Part shown: one piece after another, positions 56,101 through 64,000 of the stretch
Layout of the letters: every line of letters begins with the position of its first letter
How positions within the stretch are numbered: the first letter of the stretch is position 1
From: Macrostomum lignano
Lineage: Eukaryota
NCBI GenBank assembly: GCA_002269645.1
Contig: NIVC01000666.1
Location: forward strand, 354,832-418,831
DNA: 64,000 nucleotides
Reading direction: 5' to 3'
Notes under the pieces: model-generated
Databases searched by the model: none
What the model was told of the DNA's origin: nothing
The model's input: the letters and a program-made list of their open reading frames with translations, nothing else
Translations under genes and position numbers: made by a program

Positions 56101-59100
56101 TCAATTCCCGATCCATTCCAGACCATCAAGTCCCGATCCAGTCCAGACCATCAATTCCCGATCCAGTCCAGACCATCAATTCCCGATCCAGTCCAGACCA
56201 TCAATTCCCGATCCAGTCCAGACCATCAATTCCCGATCCAGTCCAGACCATCAATTCCCGATCCAGTCCAGACCATCAATTCCCGATCCAGTCCAGACCA
56301 TCAATTCCCGATCCATTCTAGACCATCAATTCCCGATCCAGTCCAGACCATCAAGTCCCGATCCAGTCCAGACCATCAATTCCCGATCCAGTCCAGACCA
56401 TCAAGTCCCGATCCAGTCCCGACCATCAAGTCCCGATCCAGTCCGGACCATCAATTCCCGATCCAGTCCCGACCATCAAGTCCCGATCCAGTCCAGACCA
56501 TCAATTCCCGATCCAGTCCAGACCATCAAGTCCCGATCCAGTCCAGACAATCAATTCCCGATCCAGTCCAGACCATCAAGTCCCGATCCAGTCCCGACCA
56601 TCAATTCCCGATCCAGTCCCGACCATCAAGTCCCGATCCAGTCCAGACCATCAATTCCCGATCCAGTCCAGACCATCAAGTCCCGATCCAGTCCAGACAA
56701 TCAATTCCCGATCCAGTCCAGACCATCAAGTCCCGATCCTTGGTTCCCGATCATCAATTCCCCATCATCAAGTCCCGATCATTGGTTCCCGATCATAAAG
56801 TCCCAATCCTTGGTTTCCGATCACAAAGTCCCGATCCTTGGTTTCCGATAATAAAGTCCCGATCATAAAGTCCTGATCCTTGTTTCCCAATCATCAAGTC
56901 CCTATCATCCTTGAGACCCAATAATTAAATCCCGACCTCAGAAGTCCCACAATGATAGTTTCACTCCCCAATGCCGGGTCGAAGTCCCAGAGTCCCTAGT
57001 TAAAAGTCCGGATTCTCGCAAACCGAATTCATCCCCGCAATTAAAAGAATCCCCTTCCCAAACTGATCCAATTCTGATCCTACCAGAAGGGTTTCGCCCC
57101 AGAAATAGCGAAACTTAGTCTCCATCGCTACAAAAACATCGACCTTAATAAATTAATGGCTGCAGACTGCGGTGGTTCCAGCAGAATTCCGCTCCCCTCA
57201 TAACTGTTTATACAAAGCGCTCGGAGACGCTTCTGCTGCTTTTGTTATTCAAGATAGTTTATGCCACTAAGGCAGATACCCTGTCCGCCTGTGCTGTGGG
57301 TCTGAATTGCTATCATGTGCTGACTTATGCTCGTAGCAGTGGCACTGAGGGATCTCTGGATTAAATCTGCCTCATCTCTGCCTCACCTCTGCCTCAGCAT
57401 TGCCTCACCTCTGCCTCCCGCCTCACCTCTGCCTCAGCATTGCCTCACCTCTGCCTCAGCATTGCCTCACCTCTGCCTCAGCATTGCCTCACCTCTGCCT
57501 CAGCATTGCCTCACCTCTGCCTCAGCATTGCCTCACCTCTGCCTCAGCATTGCCTCACCTCTGCCTCAGCATTGCCTCACCTCTGCCTCAGCATTGCCTC
57601 ACCTCTGCCTCAGCATTGCCTCACCTCTGCCTCAGCATTGCCTCCCCTCTGCCTCAGCATTGCCTCACCTCTGCCTCCCGCCTCACCTCTGCCTCAGCAT
57701 TGCCTCACCTCTGCCTCAGCATTGCCTCACCTCTGCCTCCCGCCTCACCTCTGCCTCAGCATTGCCTCACCTCTGCCTCAGCATTGCCTCACCTCTGCCT
57801 CCCGCCTCACCTCTGCCTCAGCATTGCCTCACCTCTGCCTCAGCATTACCTCACCTCTGCCTCAGCATTGCCTCCCCTCTGCCTCAGCATTACCTCACCT
57901 CTGCCTCAGCATTGCCTCCCCTCTGCCTCAGCATTACCTCACCTCTGCCTCAGCATTGCCTCCCCTCTGCCTCAGCATTACCTCACCTCTGCCTCAGCAT
58001 TGCCTCCCCTCTGCCTCAGCATTACCTCACCTCTGCCTCAGCATTGCCTCCCCTCCGCCTCAGCATTGCCTCACCTCTGCCTCAGCATTGCCTCACCTCT
58101 GCCTCAGCATTGCCTCACCTCTGCCTCAGCATTGCCTCACCTCTGCCTCAGAACTCTGAGCCCTTCTTCGTTTAGTTCTTTCCACTATCCCATCAGCTCA
58201 GCGGCTGTGTTGTGCGCAATGGTCCCCCCTCTCAGCTCTCCTTAATAATTATATATTGTGGCGGTAAAGTTGGTTATATTTTTACAAGCTCATTCCCATG
58301 ATTTTACAACATAAGCGCCAGGATGCAGTGGCGAACTTGAACTTGGAGAACATTTTTTTGCCGCAGGAAATATTGTTTAAGAACTGCCCTCTGGCAGCTT
58401 CGGTGCAGTCTTTAGATTATGCCGTGAGGTGGGGATGCCAAATGAGAATGATTGTGGGGCTCGGGTTCAGTTTACTGCAAACTTGATAATGCGTTTTGAA
58501 GACAGGGAAGACGGAGAAGAGCCAGCCCCCGACCTGGGTGGTCTTTGGCAAACGTTTGACGCCAGATTTTGAAGATAGATAAATTTTTAGCTGGTTACAG
58601 TTTCGTGTCTTGTGACCTGGCCTTAAAAGTGCAAATTAACATTGCCAGCAGCTGCCAAGGCCGAAATTCTAGCTCTGAATCTGACAATTCCTGTTTCAGA
58701 ATCTGAAAATTCCAACTTCAGAATCTGACAATTCCAATTTCAGAATCTGACAATTCCTGTTTCAGAATCTGACAATTCCAATTTCAGAATCTGACAATTC
58801 CTGTTTCAGAATCTGAAAATTCCAATTTCAGAATCTGACAATTCCAACTTCAGAATCTGACAATTCCAATTTCAGAATCTGACAATTTCAACTTCAGAAT
58901 CTGACAATTCCAATTTCAGAATCTGACAATTCCAACTTCAGAATCTGACAATTCCAATTTCAGAATCTGACAATTCCAACTTCAGAATCTGACAATTCCA
59001 ATTTCAGAATCTGACAATTCCTGTTTCAGAATCTGAAAATTCCAATTTCAGAATCTGACCATTCCAATTTCAGAATCTGACAATTCCAATTTCAGAATCT

Positions 59101-62100
59101 GACCATTCCAATTTCAGAATCTGACCATTCCAACTTCAAAATCTGACAATTCCAACTTCAGAATCTGACAATTCCAACTTCAGAATCTGACAATTCCAAT
59201 TTCAGAATCTGACAATTCCAACTTCAGAATCTGACAATTCCAACTTCAGAATCTGACAATTCCAATTTCAGAATCTGACAACTCCAACTTCAGAATCTGA
59301 CAATTCCAACTTCAGAATCTGACAATTCCAACTTCAGAATCTGACAATTCCAACTTCAGAATCTGACCATTCCAATTTCAGAATCTGACAATTCCAACTT
59401 CAAAATCTGACAATTCCAACTTCAAAATCTGACAATTCCAACTTCAAAATCTGACCATTCCAACTTCAGAATCTGACAATTCCAACTTCAGAATCTGACA
59501 ATTCCAATTTCAGAATCTGACAACTCCAACTTCAGAATCTGACAATTCCAACTTCAGAATCTGACAATTCCAACTTCAGAATCTGACCATTCCAATTTCA
59601 GAATCTGACAATTCCAACTTCAGAATCTGACCATTCCAGTTTACTCACAACAGAGAAGGGTTAGCCTAATTCCATCTCCCACTCAACCCACAGACGAAGG
59701 TCGCAGCGCCAAGGCCCAGGACTCAGAGCTGCTCCGCAACTATCCCAGCGTGATGTCCTCCTCAACTCAGCTGCTCATGCAGCTCCCCTCTCGTCGGCAG
59801 GAGCCGCCATCAGCCGACGCCGCCGACGACAACACCGCCGCGGACTCCGTCCTGACGAAGCGGCAGCTGCTCGCCCACATGCGCCTGCTGGAACGGGTAG
59901 TCAGCGCAGACGTTCGAGTCTTCAACCTGCCCGTGCAATCCATCAGGCTGGAGCAGCTGTGCCTGAAATTCGACCTCGGCCAGCTGGAGATCCCCGATCA
60001 CGTGCGCGGCTTCATGGAGGCCCTGCTGCCCTGCCGGATTGTCACCCCGTTGGACTGCTTCTGGGAGGGCGCCAAGCTGCTCGGGCCGAGGGGGTCAGTC
60101 CGGCTGCCGGGAATCGGACTGATGGGCAGCTAGTGAGAGCCGCATTTCTGAAATCCCGACTCTGAAATCCCGGCTCTAAGATCCCGATTCTGAGATCTTG
60201 ATCCCGACTCTGAAATCCCGATTCTGAGATCTTGATCCCGACTCTGAAATCCCGATTCTGAGATCTTGATCCCGACTCTGAAATCCCGATTCTGAGATCT
60301 TGATCCCGACTCTGAAATCCCGATTCTGAGATCTTGATCCCGACTCTGAAATCCGATTCTGAGATCTTGATCCCGACTCTGAAATCCCGATTCTGAGATC
60401 TTGATCCCGACTCTGAAATCCGATTCTGAGATCTTGATCCCGACTCTGAAATCCCGATTCTGAGATCTTGATCCCGACTCTGAAATCCCGATTCTGAGAT
60501 CTTGATCCCGACTCTGAAATCCCGATTCTGAGATCTTGATCCGACTCTGAAATCCCGATTCTGAGATCTTGATCCGACTCTGAAATCCCGACCCTGAAAT
60601 CTCGATTCTGAGATCTAGATTCTGCAACCCCGATTCTGAGATCTAGATTCTGAGATCCCGATTCTGAGATCCCGATTCCTCAAAATCGTCAAAGTCCCCA
60701 ATAATAACAGGCCGTATGAATAACCCAACTCAGAATTTGCCCGCCAAAAAGGAACACAGTGGCCAAATTGCGCCTGGCAAGTGGCGACTGTCTTTTATGG
60801 AATGGAATTCAAGCACAGATGCGCTCCGAGCCCCTCCCACTCGGAAGACAAAGCGGCTGCGGTGGGTCCCCAGCTCAGCCAGAATGTCTCATACTCATAG
60901 ATTCATATCTGTCTGCGTGCCTGTCAGCTCAACTCCTGCCTCAAAATCATTTCACTGCGCATTGGCGAGCTCTGCGCCTCTTGAATGAGTCTCAAACTGC
61001 TTGAATCAGATGACTCAAAACTCGGGATACCCCCCCCCCCACTGGATACTCGCATTCGCCACTCTCACTGCGAATTCTCATTTTCTACCTGTGACGCCTG
61101 CCTGTCTTCTTTCTTAATAGAGTAAGTGCTTCGAAAAAAAGAGAAAAAAGTCATCAGCCTGGGGGTCCCCCGGTGCGTGAGAGTCCAGCCAGTGCCCTGC
61201 TGACTCAACTGGCTCACTTTCCATTTGCCTGCCGGCCTTGCTTTCTACATTCTGCTGCTGGATGCGCTGGAATGCGCTGAACACGCTACTCTGAGTAGGG
61301 CTTAGTAAACAGAAAACAAAAAGATATATTCTGACTTTTAGTAGCCCTAATATCCTCTCCATCTATTTGCAATTTCACCCTTCTCCCTCCACAATATCAC
61401 CTATCTCTGTCTTTCAGCTCACCATAATCCCTTAATCTCACCCTAATCCCCTCAATCTCACCTAATCCCCTCAATCTCACCCTAATCCCCTCAATCTCAC
61501 CCTTATCCTCTCAATCTCGCCCTAATTCCTTCAGTCTCATCCTAATCCCCTCAATCTCATTCTAATCCCCTCAATCTCACCCTAATCCCCTAAATCTCAC
61601 CCTAATCCCCTAAATCTCACCCTAATCTACTCAATCTCGTGCCGTAATCCCCAAGCTCGTCCTTTTCCATCTACAATTTCACCCTAAACCACCTGAAATC
61701 TCACTCTTCTCCATCTCCAATCCGCTCCCGTTCGCAGCCTCCCCAACGCATCGCCGGCCAGCCTGAAGGACCTGGACCGGACCTACCGCTGGACCAACCT
61801 GGACCCGCAGTCGGTGCTGCAGTCATACACCCGCATTATCAAGACTAGCAGCTTCCCGCCTAAGCACCCAGGCGCGTCCCCAGACTCCGAGCGGCGTCAT
61901 CACCCGATAGACCGACTGGCCCGGGCCCTGTCCAGCGTGGGCCTGAGGCACGGCTACACCGGCGCCCCTGCCTGGACCCCGGCGATCCGCAATGCCCCCC
62001 GGACGGCCGGGCCAGGGCCAACCACAGCGTGCTGGACACGCTGAGCCCGCGGCTGCTCCGGCTTCGCCGAGAAGCTCATCAACTGGCCAGCGCGAGAAGC

Positions 62101-63752
62101 TGATTGGCGGCGCCAGCCGCGACCCAGACACTGGCCGGCTGACTAGCGCCGGGCTCTGCTCAGCGCCTTGGTGCTCAAGAGTCCCGAACATCTGCTGCGC
62201 GAATATCGGCAAAATCAACCGCTTAACGACTGGTCGCTTGATAAGACTAAGCGGCTGCTGGACGCCTGGTGGGAGCACTTTAACAAGGTGGGCGCGCGCG
62301 GATTCGGGACTGGGACTGTGTGACTTTTGGGACTCGGAACTGGGACTGTGTGACTGTTGGGACTCAGGACTAGGACTGTGTGACTGTTGGGACTCGGGAC
62401 TGGGACTGTGTGACTGTTGGGACTCGGAACTGGGACTGTGTGACTGTTGGGACTCAGGACTAGGACTGTGTGACTGTTGGGACTCGGGACTAGGACTGTG
62501 TGACTGTTGGGACTCGGGACTGGGACTGTGTGACTGTTGGGACTCGGGACTAGGACTGTGTGACTGTTGGGACTCGGGACTGGGACTGTGTGACTGTTGG
62601 GACTCGGGACTGGGACTGTGTGACTGTTAGGACTCGGGACTGGGACTGTGTGACTGTTGGGACTCGAGATTGGGACTGTGTGACTGTTGGGACTCGGGAC
62701 TGGGACTGTGTGACTGTTGGGACTCGGGACTGGGACTGTGTGACTGTTAGGACTCTGGATTGGGACTGTGTATTGTTTTTTTGCTGGGACTCGAACTCAA
62801 GACCACTACCCGCCCCGCAGCTGGTCGCCGAGGAGAACAGCCGGCACGGGGAGCCCATCTTCGTGGCATTCAACGAGCAGCAGTCAGTCAACGAGGCTCT
62901 CGGCGAGGCCACCCGCGCCGTTCACTGGACCAAGTGGAGCCTCCTGATCGCCGGCTGCTGCGCCTACGCCATGGCCGTCCTGTTCGACTCGCACTCGCTG
63001 CTGCACAGCCAGCTGACTGTCGCCTGCCTGACCCTGCCGCTGCTGCTGTTGTCCGTCACCGGCGGCCTCGGGCTCGCCTGCTGGTGCGCGTGCCGCTGGA
63101 CCTGCTGTCCGTGCAGGTGCGTGCGCTGGGATCCGGGATCGGGTATTGGTATATTGGGTTGAAGATTTGGGATTTGGGATCTGGGATTCGAGATCTGGGA
63201 TTTGAAATCTGGGATTGGAGATCTGCTATTTGGGATCTGAGAGTTGGGAATCATTGGGATTTGGGATCTGGAATTTTTTATCTGGGAGTTGGGATCTGGA
63301 ATTTGGGACCTGGGATTTGGGATTTTAGCTGTGGGATCTGGGATTCGGGATCTAGGATTTGGATCTCGTATTCGAAAGCAGGGATTCGGGATTTGATATT
63401 CGAGAATCGGGATTTAATAATCGGTATTTGGGAACAGGGATTTTGGATATGAGCCGTGATTTTATGTCTAGAATTGGGGATAGTTCTAGATTTAACTATC
63501 GGATTGGGGGATATCGTATATACTGGTAGGATTCGAATCTGAAATCGGAAGAATCAATCAAGTTTGGAATTGTGTATCCGCGCTTGACATTAAATAAATC
63601 ATCTATTATATATGAAAATTAAAAAAACACACCTGCTCCATTCCTACAGGTGCTGCCATTTGTTCAGCTGGGAATCGGCACTCTCTATTGCTTGCTAATG
63701 GCCAATTGCTACAATCACCTGTACCAGACTAAGCGAGCCTGCCCAGCATCAC
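53181..63752 (+). CDS. ptc: Patched (Hedgehog receptor), 5' part; continues beyond the window; contains 5 apparent frameshifts
   Basis: Exons 53181-53306 (putative), 53456-53669 (TM1 ...GLKDARFDTDFTQFWMS), 59694-60132 (TQLLMQLP...LEQLCLK...LLPCRIVTPLDCFWEGAKLLGP), 61738-62287 (RWTNLDP, GY..RPCLDPGDPQCP, GCSGFAEKLINW..EKLIGG, LDAWWEHF), 62821-63116 and 63650-63752 (SSD GGLGL...QVLPFVQLGIG). Motifs align with the PTCH1/Drosophila Ptc sequence as I recall it. Confidence 0.93.
53930..54340. repeat. Pyrimidine-rich (tctca/tctga/tctcc)n satellite
   Basis: Directly visible in ptc intron 2. Confidence 0.9.
55935..56900. repeat. 25-bp minisatellite (tcccgatccagtccagaccatcaat)n
   Basis: About 32 copies to about 56740, then a degenerate tail. 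Confidence 0.96.
57365..58150. repeat. 22-bp minisatellite (cattgcctcacctctgcctcag)n
   Basis: About 35 copies. Confidence 0.97.
58535..58543 (-). promoter_or_regulatory. Perfect Gli/Ci consensus site (TGGGTGGTC) in ptc intron 2
   Basis: Exact 9/9 match. Function is inferred only from context. Confidence 0.45.
58672..59640. repeat. 22-bp minisatellite (aatctgacaattccaa[t/c]ttcag)n
   Basis: About 44 copies ending about 50 bp before the ptc exon 3 acceptor. Confidence 0.97.
60145..60680. repeat. 33-34-bp minisatellite (ctctgaaatcccgattctgagatcttgatcccga)n
   Basis: About 13 copies starting just after the exon 3 donor. Confidence 0.96.
61425..61640. repeat. 20-bp minisatellite (ctaatcccctcaatctcacc)n
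   Basis: About 10 copies upstream of the exon 4 acceptor. Confidence 0.92.
62305..62770. repeat. 30-bp minisatellite (tgggactgtgtgactgttgggactcgggac)n
   Basis: About 15 copies filling ptc intron 4. Confidence 0.97.
63125..63450. repeat. Degenerate (gggatct/gggattt)n repeat
   Basis: Directly visible in ptc intron 5. Confidence 0.8.
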
Positions 63753-63802
63753 GTGAGTTCCTTCTGCCCACCTGTGATGATGGAGTCATTTTCCCTTTCG
63801 CT

Positions 63803-64000
63803 ATCCATAGACTATTCTTCCCATAGACTATTCTTCCATAGACTATTCTTCCATAGACTGTTCTTTCCGCTAGACTGTTCTTCCATAGACTGTTCTTTTC
63901 CATAGAATGTTCATCCCATAGAATGTTCTTTCCATAGACTTTTCTTCCCAGACTGTTCTTCCCATAGACTATTCTTCCATAGACTATTCTTCCCATAGAC
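63803..64000. repeat. About 16-bp repeat (catagactattcttcc)n
   Basis: About 12 copies to the window end. Confidence 0.92.

Noticed and set aside
55919-58245. ORFs of 239-310 aa in ptc intron 2
   Set aside because: They coincide exactly with the 25-bp and 22-bp arrays, and ptc exon 2 joins exon 3 in phase without them.
60094-60099. Alternative ptc exon 3 donor (gtcagt)
   Set aside because: It is phase-compatible, but the downstream SVRLPG matches the Ptc LLGP..V.(I/L)PG motif, so the 60133 donor was preferred.

Overview
Eukaryotic (metazoan) genomic DNA. GC-rich exons, AT-rich spacers and introns packed with private minisatellites resemble the free-living flatworm Macrostomum lignano; the organism is an inference, not shown. 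Five spliced protein-coding genes were reconstructed by hand with consistent intron phases: rad21 (+, 2 exons), a DENND1/connecdenn-like DENN protein (+, 3 exons), a divergent Bicaudal-C-like KH protein without a SAM domain (+), an echinoid-like 7xIg-2xFN3-TM adhesion receptor (-, about 10 exons over 18 kb), and the 5' part of a patched gene (+, 6 exons, runs off the window). Also present: an internally deleted MULE transposon, several MITEs (one nested), a foldback-like element, a solo LTR and more than 25 tandem arrays. No CRISPR, rRNA or tRNA was found. Most notable: (1) two kb-scale blocks almost devoid of CpG that also show CpA/TpG-to-TpA erosion (RIP-like hypermutation) of former coding and TE sequence; (2) a Patched whose TM4 GxxxDD transport motif has lost both aspartates, with five frameshifts in exons 4-5 and clustered Gli-type sites in intron 2; (3) intronic minisatellites whose units mimic branch point plus 3' splice site; (4) a 4x50-bp array carrying 12 STAT/GAS motifs. 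All counts were made by eye.
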